The notes under the pieces: generated by a model | What the model was told of the DNA's origin: nothing | Database searches by the model: none | Seen by the model: only the letters and a program-made list of their open reading frames with translations | Assembly: GCF_009914755.1 (NCBI RefSeq) | Contig: NC_060928.1 | Source: the human T2T-CHM13v2.0 reference genome, Homo sapiens | Direction: 5' to 3' (one strand) | Length of the DNA: 64,000 bases | Program-made: the position numbers and the translations under genes | Part shown: positions 40,626-53,509 of the stretch, one piece after another | Layout: each line of letters opens with the position of its first letter | How positions within the stretch are numbered: the first letter of the stretch is position 1

Positions 40626-40991
40626 TCACCAATGTATGTTCTTGGCACCTTTGTTGAAAATGAGTTTACTGTAGATGTATGGATTTGTTTCTGGGTTCTC
40701 CATTCTGTTCCATTGGTCTATGTGTTGATTTTTGTGCCAGTACCATGCTGCTTTGGTTACTATAGCTCTACAGTATAATTTGAAGTCAGATAATGTGATT
40801 ACTCCAGTTTTGTTTTGTTTTTGTTTGTTTGTTTGTTTTTTGTTTTTACTTAGAATAGCTCTGGCTATTCTGGGCCTTTTGTGGCTCAATACAAATTTTA
40901 GAATTTTTTTTTCTATTTCAGTGAAGACTGTCATTGGTATTTTTATAGGGATTGCATTGAATTTGTAGATTGCTTTGAGTAGTATGAACAT
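40626..40991 (-). pseudogene. L1 ORF2p remnant (post-RT region)
   Basis: [41 protein letters not shown] is characteristic of L1 ORF2p. Flanked by stops and frameshifts. Confidence 0.9.
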
Positions 40992-42662
40992 TTTTTAAAA
41001 TATTGATTCTTCCAATGCACAAACATGGGATATTCTTGCATTTTTTTGTGAACTCTTCAATTTCTTGCACCAATGTTTTATATTGTTATTATAGAGATCT
41101 CTCGCTTCTTTGGTTAAGTTAATTTTTAGGTATTTTATTTTATTTCTAGCTATTGTAAATGGGGTCACTTTTTTATTTCTTTTTCAGATTGTTCACTGTT
41201 GGCATATAGAAAATGCTACTGGTTTGTGTATCTTGATTTTGTAACCTGCAACTTTTTTGAATTTGTTTATCAGGTCTAATAGTTTTCTGGTGGAGTATTT
41301 AGGTTTTTCCAAATATAAAATCATATTATCTGCAAAGAAGGATAATTTTACCTCTTCCTTTCCAATTTGGACATCCTTTATTTCTTTCTTTTGTCTGATT
41401 GCTCTAACTAGAAGAACTATGTTGAATAACAGTGGGGAAAGTGAAAAGTTTTGTTGGGGTCCAGATCTTAGAAGAAAGGCTTTCAGTGGGTCCCCATTTA
41501 GTATGATACCAGTTGTGAATCTGTCATATACGGCTTTTGTTATATTGAGGTAGGTTCCTTCTATACCCAGATTTTGATGATTTTATCATGAAGGAGTGTT
41601 GAATTTTATCAAATTTTTTTCATAATCAATTGAAATGATCATACGGTTTTAGTCCTTCACTCTATTAGTATACCACATTGATTGACTTGCATATATTAAA
41701 CCATCCTTGTAACACAGGTATAAATATCATTTGGTTATAATAAATAGTCTTTTTAGTTTATTGTTGAATTTAGTTTGCTAGTATTTTATTGTGGATTTTG
41801 CATCAATATTCCTCAGAAATATTGGCTTGTAATTTTCTTTCTTCCTTTCTTTCTTTCTTTTTTTTTTTTGATGTGTCTGGTTTTGGTATCAGAGTTATAC
41901 CGGTATTGTAGAGTTTGGAAATATTTCTTCCTCCTCTATTTCTCAGAAGAGTTTGAGTAGGATTGGTATTAGTTCTTCTTCAAATGTTTGGCAAATTTCA
42001 GGAGTGAAGCCATCGGGTCTTGGGTTTTTCTATGCTGGGAGAATTTTTATTATGGCTTTGATCTTATTAATTGTTATTGGTCTGTTCGGGTTTTGGATTT
42101 CTTCATGTTCTATTTTGGTAAATTATATGTGTCTAGAAATGCATCCATTTTTTCTAGAGTAATCAATTTATTGGAATATATCTGCCCATAGTAGACTCTA
42201 ATATTTGCATTTCTGTGGTAATGGTTATAATATTTCTTTGTCATCTCAAATTTTAAATATTTGGGTCTTTCTTTTTTTTAGCAGTTAGTCTGGCTAAAGA
42301 TTTGCCAGGTTTGTTTAACTTTTCAAAAAACCAACTTTTCATTTTGTTGATCTTTTGTATTGTTTTCTTAATTTTAAATTAATTTATTTCTGTTCTGATC
42401 TTAATTATTTCTTTTCTTCTACTAATTTGGGGTTTTGTTTGCTCTGGGTTTTCCAGTTCTTTAAGATGCATCATTAGGTTGTGTATTTGTTTTTCTTCTT
42501 TTCATATGTAAGATTAGAGCTATGAACTTTCCTCTTACTACTGCTTTTGCTGTATCACATAGGTTTTTGTATGTTGGGTTTCCATTATCATTTGTTTCAA
42601 TAAATTTTTAAGTTTCCTTTAAATTTCTCTATTAACCCACTGATCATTCAGGAGTATATTGT

Positions 42663-44919
42663 TGTATTAGTTCATTTTCACGCTGCTGATAAAGACATAC
42701 CTGAGACTGGGAAGAAAAGATGTTTAATTGGACTTACAGTTCCATATGGCTGGGGAGGCCTCAGAATCATGGTTGGAGGTGAAAGGCACTTCTTACACGG
42801 TGGTGGCAAGAGAAAAATGAGGAAGAAGCAAAAGAAGAAATCCCTGATAAACCCATCAGATCTCGTGAGACTTATTCACCATCACATAAATACCATGGGA
42901 AAGACCCACTCCCGTGATTCAATTACCTCCCCCTGGGTCCCTCCCACAATACATGGGAATTCTGGGAGATACAATTCAAAATGAGATTTGAATCCCAAAC
43001 CATATCATTCCACCCCTGGCTGCTCCAAATCTCATGTCTTCACATTTCAAAACCAATCATGCCTTCCAAACAGTCCCCCAAAGTCTTAACTCATTTCAGC
43101 ATTAACCCAAAAGTGCACAGTCCAAAGTCTCATCTGAGACAAGGCAAGTCCCTTCCACCTATGAGCCTGTAAAATCAAAAGCAAGCTAGTTACTGCCTAG
43201 ATACAATGAGAGTACAGGAATTGGGTAAATACAGCCATTGAAAATGGGAGAAATTGGCCAAAACAAAGGGGTTACAGGGCCCATGCAAGTCCAAAATCCA
43301 GCAGGGCCATCAAATTTTAAAGCTCCAAAATGATATTTGACTTCAGGTCTCATATCCAGGTCACACTGATGCAACAGGTGGGTTCCCATGGTCTTGGGCA
43401 GCTCCACCCCTGTGCCTTTGCAGGGTACAGCCTCCCTCCTAGCTGCTTTCACAGGCTGGTGTTTAGCGTCTGTGGCTTTTCCAGACACGTGGTGCAAGCT
43501 GACAGTGGATCTATCATTCTGGGGTCTGGAGGACAGTAGTCTGATTCTCAAAGCCCCACTAGGCAGTGCCCCAGTAGGGACTCTGTGTGGGGGCTCCAAC
43601 CCCACATTTCCCTTCTGCAGTTCCCTAGCAGAGGTTCTCCATGAGGGCCCTGCCCCTACAGCAAACTTTTGCCTGGGCATCCAGGCGTTTCAATACATCT
43701 TCTGAAATCTAGGCAGAGGTTCCCAAACCTCAATTCTTGACTTCTGTGCACCGCAGGCTTAACACTACATGGAAGCTTCCAAAGTTTGGGCTTCCACCTT
43801 CTGAAGCCACAGCCTAAGCTCTATGTTGGCCACTTACAGCCATGGCTGGAGTGGCTGGGACACAGGTCACCAAGTCCCTAGGCTGCATGGACCTGGGGCC
43901 CAGTACACGATACCACTTTTTCCTCCAGGGTTTTGGGCCTGTGATGGAAGGGGCTGCCATGAATGTCTCTGACATGGCCTGGAGACATTTTTCCCATGGT
44001 CTTGGGTATTAACATTAGGTACCTTGCTACTTATGCGAATTTCTGCAGCCAGCTTGAATTTCTCCTCAGAAAATGGGTTTTTCTTTTCTATCGCAGTCAG
44101 GCTGCAAATTTTCCAAACTTTCATGCTCTGCTTTTCTTATAAAACAGAATGCCTTTAACAGCACCCAAATTACCTCTTGAATGCTTTGCTGCTTAGAAAT
44201 TTATTCCACCAGATACCCTAAATAATCTTTCTCAAGTTCAAAGTTTCACAAATCTCTAGGGCAGGGGCAAAATGCCTCCAGTCTCTTTGCTAAAATATAA
44301 AAAGAGTCACCTTTGCTCCAGTTCCCAACAAGTTCCTCATCTCCATCTGAGATCATGTCAGCCTGGACCTTATTGTCTACATTGCTATCAGCATTTTGGG
44401 CAAAGCCATTCAACAAGTCTCTAGGAAGTTCCAAGCTTTCCCACATTTTCCTCTTTTAAGCCATCCAAACTGTTCCAGCCTCTGCCTGTTACCCAGTTCC
44501 AAAGTCATTTCCACATTTGGGGTTATCTTTTCAGCAATGACCCAATCTGCTGGTACCAATTTACTGTATTAGTTTGTTTTCACGCTGCTGATAAAGACAT
44601 AACTGAGACTGGGAAGAAAAAGAGGCTTAATTGGACTTACAGTTCCACATGGATGGAGAGGCCTCAGAATCATGGCGGGAGGTAAAAGACACTTCTTACA
44701 TGGCAGTGGCAAGAGAAAAATGTGGAAGAAGCAAAAGCAGAAACCCCTGATAAATCTATGAGATCTCATGAGACTTATTCGCTATCATGAGAATAGCATG
44801 GAAAAGACCGGCCCCTATGATTCAATTACCTCCGCCTGGGTCCCTCCCACAACACATGAAAATTCTGGAAAATACAATTCAAGTTGAGATTTGAATGGAG
44901 ACACAGCCAAACCATATCA
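42663..44919 (-). mobile_element. Complete THE1A MaLR element (LTR 42663-43007, internal 43008-44564, LTR 44565-44919)
   Basis: Two direct LTRs tgtattag...accatatca, THE1-int sequence and a perfect 5-bp TSD ATTGT (42658-42662 / 44920-44924). Confidence 0.96.
43186..44446 (-). pseudogene. Fragmented THE1 internal ORF
   Basis: ORF pieces MWESLELPRDLLNGF.., AIEKKNPFSEEKFK.. and MPRQKFAVGAGPSWRTSAR.. typical of MaLR-int, broken by stops and frameshifts. Confidence 0.85.
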
Positions 44920-45435
44920 ATTGTTTAATTTCTATGTGTTTGTATAGTTTCCAAAATTCCTCTTGTTATTGATTCATGGTCTTACTCCATTGCGGTCAGA
45001 GGAGGTACTTAATATAATTTCAGTTCTTAAATTTTCCTAAGACTTGTTTTGTGGCCTAACATATGCTCTATCCTTGAGAATGATCTATGTGTTATGATGA
45101 CAAGATTGTGTATTCTGCAGCCTTTGGATGTAATTACATATTAGGTCCGTTTGATCTAAAGTGCAGATTAAGTTCGATGTTTCTTTGTTGATTCTCTGTC
45201 TAGAAGATCTGTCCAATGTTGAAAGTGGGGTGTTGTATTATAAGCAGGATGCTGTTATTTTATTGGGGCCTATCTCTCCCTTTAGCTCTAAAAATATTTG
45301 CTTTATATATCTGGATACTCCAGTGTTGAGTGCATATATATTACAATGGTTATATACTCCTGCTGAGTTGCCATCTTTATTATTATATACTGAAATTTGT
45401 CTCTTTTTGTAGCTTTTTTCTTGAGATCTATTTTG

Positions 45436-45680
45436 TCAGATATAAGTATAGCTACTCCTGCTCTTTGATTTCCATTGACATGGAATATCTTTTTCCATTT
45501 TTTTTACTTTTTGTCTATCTGTGTCTTTATAAATGAAGTGTGTTTCTTGTTGGAAACAGATTGTTGAGTCTTGTTTTTTTTTTTCAATAAATTCAGTCAC
45601 CCTATGTCTTTTGATTGAAGTGTTTAGTCTATTTATATTCAATGGTGTTAATGATAAGTAAGAGCTTACTCCTGCCATTT
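45436..45680 (-). pseudogene. L1 ORF2p endonuclease N-terminus remnant
   Basis: MAGVSSYLSLTPLNINRLNTSIKRHRV..ICFQQETHF resembles the APE-like domain start (LNVNGLN..IKRHR..CLQETH). Confidence 0.85.
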
Positions 45681-46897
45681 TGCTATTTTTGGAAGGTTGT
45701 TTTGTGGTCTTCTCTTCCTTCTTTACTTCCTTCCTGTCTTCTTTTTTACAAAGGTGATTTTCTCTGGTTGTAAGTTTTGATTTCTTGCTTTTTATTTTTT
45801 TGTATCTCTTGTGTGTTTTTTGATTTGAGGTTACCATAAGGCTTTCAAATCATGTCTTATAACCTATTATTTAAAACTTCTGACAACACTGATTATGTAA
45901 ATTAACAAAGAGAAAACTAATGAAAACTCTACACTTTAATTCCTCCCCCGGCTTTTTAACTTTTTGTTGTTTCTATTTGTTGTATTGTACTTTCTATGTC
46001 TTGAAAAGTTGTTGTAGCTAATATTTTTGATTGGTTTATCTGTTAGTCTTTCTATTCAAGACATGAGTAGTTTACTTATCACAATTACAGTGTTACAATA
46101 ATCTATGGGTTTTGGTGTACTTACTATTACCAGTGACTTTTATACCTTCAGATGATGCTGTATTGCTCATTAATGTTATTTTCTTTCAAATTGAGGTACT
46201 CCCTTTAGCACTTTTTGTAAGGCAGGTCTTGCATTGATGAAATCCCACAGCTTTTGTTTGCCTGGGAAAGACATTTTTTCTCATTCATGTTTGAAGAATA
46301 TTTTCTCCAGATATATTATTCTAGGATAAAAACTTTTTTTCCTTCAGCACTTTAAATGTGGCATTCTACTCTCTCCTGGAATGTAAGGTTTCCACTGAGA
46401 ATTCTGCGGCCAGATGTATTAAAGCTCCATTGTATGTTATTTATGCCTTTTCAATTGCTGCTTTTAGGATACTTTCTTTATCCTTAACCTTTAGGAGTTT
46501 AATTATTAAATATCTTCAGGTAGTCTTGTGTGTATTAAATCTTCTTGGTGTCCTATAACCTCCTTATACTTAAATATTGATATCTTCCTCTAGGTTTGGG
46601 GAGTTCTGTGTTATTATCTTTTTCTATAAACTTTATACCCTGGACTCTCTCAACCTCCTTCAATAACTTTCAGGTTTGGCTTTTTGAGGCTATTTTCTAA
46701 ATCTCGTATGTATGCATGCTTCATTCTTCTTTATTCTTTTTTTCTTTTGTCTCTTCCGTGTATTTTTTAAATAGCCTGTATTCAAACCTAATGATTGTTT
46801 TATCAAATCTATAATTAAGAGACTCTGATGCATTCTTCAATATGTCAATTGCAATTTTCAACTACAAAATTTCTGCTTGATTATTACTAATTTTTTA

Positions 46898-47285
<388 letters not shown>

Positions 47286-47689
47286 ACAGCTATTTTGAAT
47301 TATCTGTCTGAAAGGATCGATCCCTGGTTTCTTATTTCATTTGGCAAAGTCATGTTTTCTGGATGGTCTTGATGCTTGTTTTTCAGTGTCTGGGCATTGA
47401 AGAATTGGGTGTTTATTGTAGTTTTGCGGTCTGGCCTTATTTGTACTGGTCCTTCTTAGGAAGGCTTTCTGGCTGTTTAAAGGGACTTGAGTGTTATGAT
47501 CTAACTTTTAGATCACTGCAGCCTTATCTTCTTTAAGGGACACCCCAAGGCCAGTAACACTGTGGCTGTTGCAGACTTGTAGAGGTACCACCTTTGTAAT
47601 CTTAAATAAGATCCAGAAGAATTATCCAATTACCAGACAGACACAAGCACCCCTGTGGCAAACACCACTGGGACTGTGCTGGGTCAGAC

Positions 47690-48700
47690 CTGAAGCCAGC
47701 ACAGCACTTAATCTTGCCCAAGTCCTGCACTAACCACTGCTTGGCTACTGCCTATGTTTCCTCAAGGTCCTAGAGCTCTACAAACAGCAATGGGGAAGCT
47801 AGCAAGGACTGCATCCTTCCCTTCAGGGTGACAAGTTCCCTCTGGTCTGAGCAGGTCCAGAGATGCCATCCAGGAGCTAAGGCCATGAATCAGAAACCTT
47901 AGAAATCTACATGGTGCCCCATCTACTGTGGCTGAGCTGGCATCCAAATCACAAGACTAAGTCCTTCTCACTCTTCCCTCATTTTTTCCCAAGCAAAGGA
48001 GTATCTCCCTGTGTCCACCACCAACACAGTCCTATGGGGAGTACTACCTGGCTACCGCAACATTCATTCAAGGCCCAAGGGCTCTTTAGTCAGCTTGTGG
48101 TGAATGCTGCTAGGCCTGCCACTCTTCCTTCAGGGCAGTGGGCTTCCCTCTGATCCAGAGCAGGTTCAGCAATGCTGTCCACAACCCAAGGCCTGGGACC
48201 CAGGATCCTAAGAGCCCACTTGGTGATCTACCCAACTGTGGCTGAGCTGGTACCTGGGCTGGAAGACAAAGTCCCTTTTACTCTTCCCTCTCCCTTTCTC
48301 AAGCAGAAATAATCCCTCCTTCTAGCTGGGAATCTGATGGGTTACACCTGAAGCCAGAATGTCTCTGATTCTCACCCAAGGCCCAGGGTGAGTACTGCCT
48401 GGGTACCACTGCTAATTATTCAGGGGCCAGGGGCTCTTTAGTCAGCAGGTAATAAATTCTGCCAGGACTGCTTTATTCCCTTCAAGTCAGTAGGTTCCCT
48501 CCTGGACAGGGGTGTGTCTAGAAGCATTGTCCAGGAGTGAGGGACTGGAATGGGGCCTTAGGCATCTGCCTTCTGCTCGATCATATTGTGGTTAAGCTGT
48601 TGGCCAAGTTGCAAGACAAAGTCCTCTTTACTCTTCCCTCTTCTCTCCTCAAGTGGAGGGAAGGAATCTCTCCAAGAGCTGTGAGCTACTCTGCTTGGGG
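47690..48700 (-). repeat. Three diverged ~310-350-bp tandem units in the L1MA3 5'UTR
   Basis: Recurring gctgagctgg..caagacaaagtcc..actcttccctc at ~47931, ~48241 and ~48591, and tcaaggccc..ggctctttagtcagc at ~47762, ~48068 and ~48420. Confidence 0.8.
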
Positions 48701-50587
48701 TTGGGGTAGGGATGGCACAAGGATTCCCTTGGCCACCCAGGCTGGTGCCTCACTTATTCACATGCTCCCCAAGTCCACAGGCTCTCAGTGTAGCACAGCA
48801 CCAGGGATTGCATTCCTTGTTCCTTCAATTCCCTTTTAAGTTTCTTTAGAACTCCAGAGCCCTTTAGCCCATGGTGGCAAGGCTTGCCAGATCTCAGGTT
48901 CCAACAACTGAGATGAGTAATTTTCCTCTGGCTATGGATGGTCTAAATGCTTCGTTCATAGGCACTGGCTGAATTCTGCCCACTGTTGTTTTCCACTGTG
49001 ATAGGAAGCACTGAATTTCAATATAAAGTCCGGCAGTCTCTGTGCTCTCCCTTTCCCAAGCATACAGATTTTTTCTCCATGTCATGTGGCAATGCTAGGG
49101 AATGGGGGGGTGGCATCGGTAAATCAAGACTGTCTTTTCTATCCTCTTCAGGGCCTCTTTTAATGATAACAGGTTGAAACATTGTACTGTAAGTCCTCAC
49201 CTGATTTTTACATCTCATATGCTTTTTTGTGTGTGGATAGTTGCTCATTTGGGTGTTCCTGTAGGAAGGATGATCAATGAAAGCTATTTGGTCATCTTGC
49301 TCCACCTCCCAAAAAAAATGAGACATTTTTGCTAACTCTTAATATACTCTGAGTGTGCTGTCTTGGTCTCTGCCTTAACTGAGTAACATCATTAAAATCA
49401 CTCTAGATGAGAATAGTATTTGTAGTTGAACCAGGATAGATAATCATTTTCACGTGTAAACATTTGGAAGCATTCCCACAATGTATTATAATCTGAAGAT
49501 TGTTGCATATAGAAGTGTGATGCATGGAACATCACTAGGTGGTAAATAATAACACTGTTGAATATTTCCAGAATGGCTGGATTTGAAGGGTTGGCTTCAA
49601 ATTGAGGGAAATGCTTATCTTTTCCAAATGACAATTTGATAGTGGAAAACTAAAAGGAGAGTAAGTGGGGAGCAGAAGAAAAAACAGGCATCTCCTACCT
49701 CTATCGCTACCCACAATAAACCTTTCACTGTAAGTATAATGGTGAACTCAAAAAACTTTCCAATACTTCAGTAACTGATCCAGTCATTTGAAGTGGCTGT
49801 GAATTATTTCAAGAAAGGAATGATGGTGTGTTAATCTGATCATGAGACATTATTCTTCTTGCATTGATGTACTTAAAAAGCATATTGGAAACAAACTTCT
49901 CTGCTTCAATAACACCATGCAGTAAAAAGAGAAAAAAACTTAACACACTTGAAAAGGCTACCTTTTGAAACCACACATGGCTTGTATAAGGATAAAAAAA
50001 ATCACTCTGAACGTATCATATCCTGTCATCCCAGGTGAACACCCATCTTCTCTTTTCCATTCTTTTCTATTGTTTACCTTAACTTGGTAGCCTCTAAATC
50101 TTTTAATTTTGAAACTCAAAACAAACAACACATGGAGTTATTTTGTTTTGTAATGAGTAAGAGGAGAGTAAGAACTCTCCTGCTGATTAAAGTGAAAGCA
50201 AAAGGATCATGGAGAAAAGAATAGAAGCCTAGTGTTGTATTGGGGTGGTTTCAGTGACCAGGAGTCTTGAACAAGGGTGGAGAAATGAATTAATATCTGG
50301 CAGAGAAAATCGAGTGGTCTGGGAGAAATAAATATATAGAGATATTAAGATGAGGTAAACCCTCCAGTTCTGGGAAACAATCAGTGTTGTTGAGGATAAA
50401 CCCATCACTCTTGGCTCTGTACGAAAACCTGAACTAGTTCTCTATCAATTGTCAGCTTTTTTTTAAAATTTACAGAACAAACCCCTATGTCCCATCTTTG
50501 TCTTCTCCTCTGTTGCCCCCCTTCCCACCCACAAGCTGGGCTCAAGCACAAGTGTTTTCCTTTTTCCTTTTATTTTTTTATTAATAG

Positions 50588-50666
50588 TGCAGATTTTGAG
50601 GGATACACTCCGCATACTTTACAGAAGAGTGGCAAAAACACAAGAAGCAACAGCAATGCCTCCCCG
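50588..50666 (+). other. Candidate 79-bp exon (unverified)
   Basis: Long pyrimidine tract ending ttaatAG (50587) and donor CCG|GTGAGC (50667). Two frames are open. Confidence 0.3.
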
Positions 50667-51009
50667 GTGAGCTATTGCTTCATGACTAGGTATAATACCT
50701 TTTTGGAAAAAAATGGTAATGCTGATTTCTCTGGAATGCATTTTTGTCGGCTATGTCTTCTTCATGGAGGAAAAAACTGAGAGGTAAGCTGGTTTTACAG
50801 CAACTTCTATTTCTTGAATAAGGCATTCACTTCTTCCAATTTTCTGAAGGAAATTATGATTTTCATTGTGTTTGTATGGAGTGTTATTATGTCTCTACAG
50901 CTGAATATAACAACTCAAATATCATTAAATAGAACACATGATCCAAAGTTAACCTTTCAGTGTCCCTTGTCACAAACAAAAGTAAACGACAGCATTAAAC
51001 CCACACCAC

Positions 51010-51255
51010 AGAGAACAATACTTATGGAAAACTCAACATACGCCAGGTACTGTACCAAGTGCTTTAAATGGATGCTCTCATTTAGTCCTGGTAATGACTA
51101 CTGGAAGAGTACACCTTTACTTCCATTTTAAAGATAGGGAGACAAAAACCCAGAGAAGCTAAGGAATTTGTCAAAAGTTAACCACCGGCAAGTGGTGGAA
51201 TTGAGATTTGAATAAAGGTATTATTTCAAAACCTTTGCTTTAAACCACTGCATTA
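51010..51255 (-). mobile_element. MIR, near full length
   Basis: gccaggtactgtaccaagtgcttta..ctcatttagtcct..ccattttaaagat..agtggtggaattgagatttgaa..ctttaaaccactg. Confidence 0.8.
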
Positions 51256-52082
51256 AATTATTTTCAGTAAAGAAGTTGGCAAGATTTTGAATGTCAAGGA
51301 ATTTTATGAAATTATACAAGACATAGAAAGTCTTGTATAATTTGTTGTCTGTTCAACAAATTTTTGTCTACTTTCATGATGGTGAAGATATTCTCTCTTT
51401 ATATTATCAAAAAGCCTTCTGGTTTTCATTTCACATTTATCATTTATAGCTACCTGGGATTTTTATTTTGTATAGTCAAGCTTTGTTTTTTCTATAAGAC
51501 TGCTTAGTAAACCCAGTATCATTTCTTGAAAAAATCATTTATATTCCCTTATTGCATGTCCTTTTTTGTGTGTATTTGCTTCTATCATTTTTGAACACTT
51601 TACACTTTATACATGCCCAATTAAAAGGACTTATGGATTCATTTACTTAAAGAGTAAAATACTATAATATTTCACAACAAAATGTAGATGATCAGAAAAA
51701 TCTTCATTTACTAGTCATTTCATGGCAAAATTCTTAAAGATAAATCAAAAAATTTATTTTACAAAAAAAGTTGTTTCAATTTGCTTACTTTTTCTGTGAT
51801 GACCACTGGCTGCCAGTGGTATACTCCAAGAAAGTATTTTTAATAAAATAACCAAACTTAATCTTACTCTTCAAAATGAAGTTGAATTTTAACAAAAATT
51901 AAGTAAGTAAATGCTTTTCAAAAACACAGGGATAGTAAATGGATACACACAGAAGGAAATACTTCACTTGTTATATAATTTTTCTGCTGAAATATGTCAC
52001 AAAAATTCTTTAAAAAATTAAGAATGTAAACAGCTGGTAAAATAATTTTCTTTGTTTAAAAGTCTTATAAACAAAGAATTTT

Positions 52083-52527
52083 AGTAATTTTTTATTTCCA
52101 TAGATTTTGGGGGAACAGGTGGTACTTGGTTACATGAGTAAGTTATTTAGTAGTGATTTGTGAGATTTTGGTGCACCCATCATCCAAGCACTATACACTG
52201 TACCCAATTTGTAGTCTTTTATCCCTTACCCCCTTTCCACTCTTTCCCCTTGAGTCCCCAAAGTCCACTATGTCATTCTTATGCCTTTGCATCCTCATAG
52301 CTTAGCTCCCGCTTATGAGTGAGAACATATGATGTTTGGTTTTCCATTCCTTAGTTACTTCACTTAGAATAATACTCTCCAATTCCATCCAGGTTGCTGT
52401 GAAAGCCATTAATTCATTCCTTTTTATGGCTGAGTAGTATCCCACCATGTATACATACCACAGTTTCTTTATCAACTCATTGATTGATGGGCATTTGGGT
52501 TGGTTCCACAGTTTTGCAATTGCAAAT
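52083..52527 (-). mobile_element. L1PB1 3' end
   Basis: ttttgggggaacaggtggt..gtgatttgtgagattttggtgcacccatc is the L1PB1-type 3'UTR. No TSD seen. Confidence 0.9.
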
Positions 52528-52602
52528 AAATTTCGAACCACTTGTTGTTTTAATTTGCAACAAGTGGTTCAAAAGGTATTTGCAATTGCAAAAATGTGGA
52601 AC
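52503..52602. repeat. Inverted repeat, 45-bp arms, 10-nt loop
   Basis: 52503-52547 versus the reverse complement of 52558-52602: 41/45 matches. Confidence 0.97.
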
Positions 52603-52616
52603 ACCTGTCTACTTTC

Positions 52617-53465
52617 TTTTTATATATTTTATATATATATATTATTATACTTTAAGTTCTAGGGTACATGTGCACAACGTGCAGGTTTGTTACATATGTA
52701 TACATGTGCCATGTTGGTGTGCTGCACCCATTAACTCGTCATTTACATTAGGTATATCTCCTAATGCTATCCCTTCCCCGTCCCCCCACCCCACAACAGG
52801 TCCCGGTGTGTGATGTTCCCCTTCCTGTGTCCAAGTGTCCTCATTGTTCAATTCCCAACTATGAGTGAGAACATGCGGTGTTTGGTTTTTTGTCCTTGTG
52901 ATAGTTTGCTGAGAATGATGGTTTCCAGCTTCATCCATGTCCCTACAAAAGACATGAACTCATCATTTTTTATGGCTGCATTGTATTCCATGGTGTATAT
53001 GTGCCACATTTTCTTAATCCAGTCTATCGTTGTTGGACATTTGGGTTGGTTCCAAGTCTTTGCTATTGTGAGTAGTGCCGCAGTAAACATACGTGTGCAT
53101 ATGTCTTGAAAGCTGAAACTGGATCCCTTCCTTACACCTTATACAAAAATTAATTCCAGGTGGATTTAAGACTTTAATGTTAGACCTAAAACCACAAAAA
53201 CCCTAGAAGAAAACCTAGGCATTACCATTCAGGACATAGGCATGGGCAAGGACTTCATGTCTAAAACACAAAAAGCAATGGCAACAAAAGCCAAAATTGA
53301 CAAATGGGATCTAATTAAGCTAAAGAGCTTCTGCATAGCAAAGGAAACTACCATCAGAGTGAACAGGCAACCTACAGAATGGGAGAAAATTTTTGCAATC
53401 TACTCATCTGACAAAGGGCTAATATCCATAATGAAAAGAACTCAAACAAATTTACAAGAAAAAAA
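52617..53465 (-). mobile_element. L1PA4/5-like insert with 5' inversion (53108-53465)
   Basis: Antisense 3'UTR/ORF2 end, then sense ORF2 ([31 protein letters not shown]). TSD ctgtctactttc/ctgactactttc. Confidence 0.95.
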
Positions 53466-53509
53466 CTGACTACTTTCATGAATAACTGAGTAACATCAGA
53501 AAATACAAA

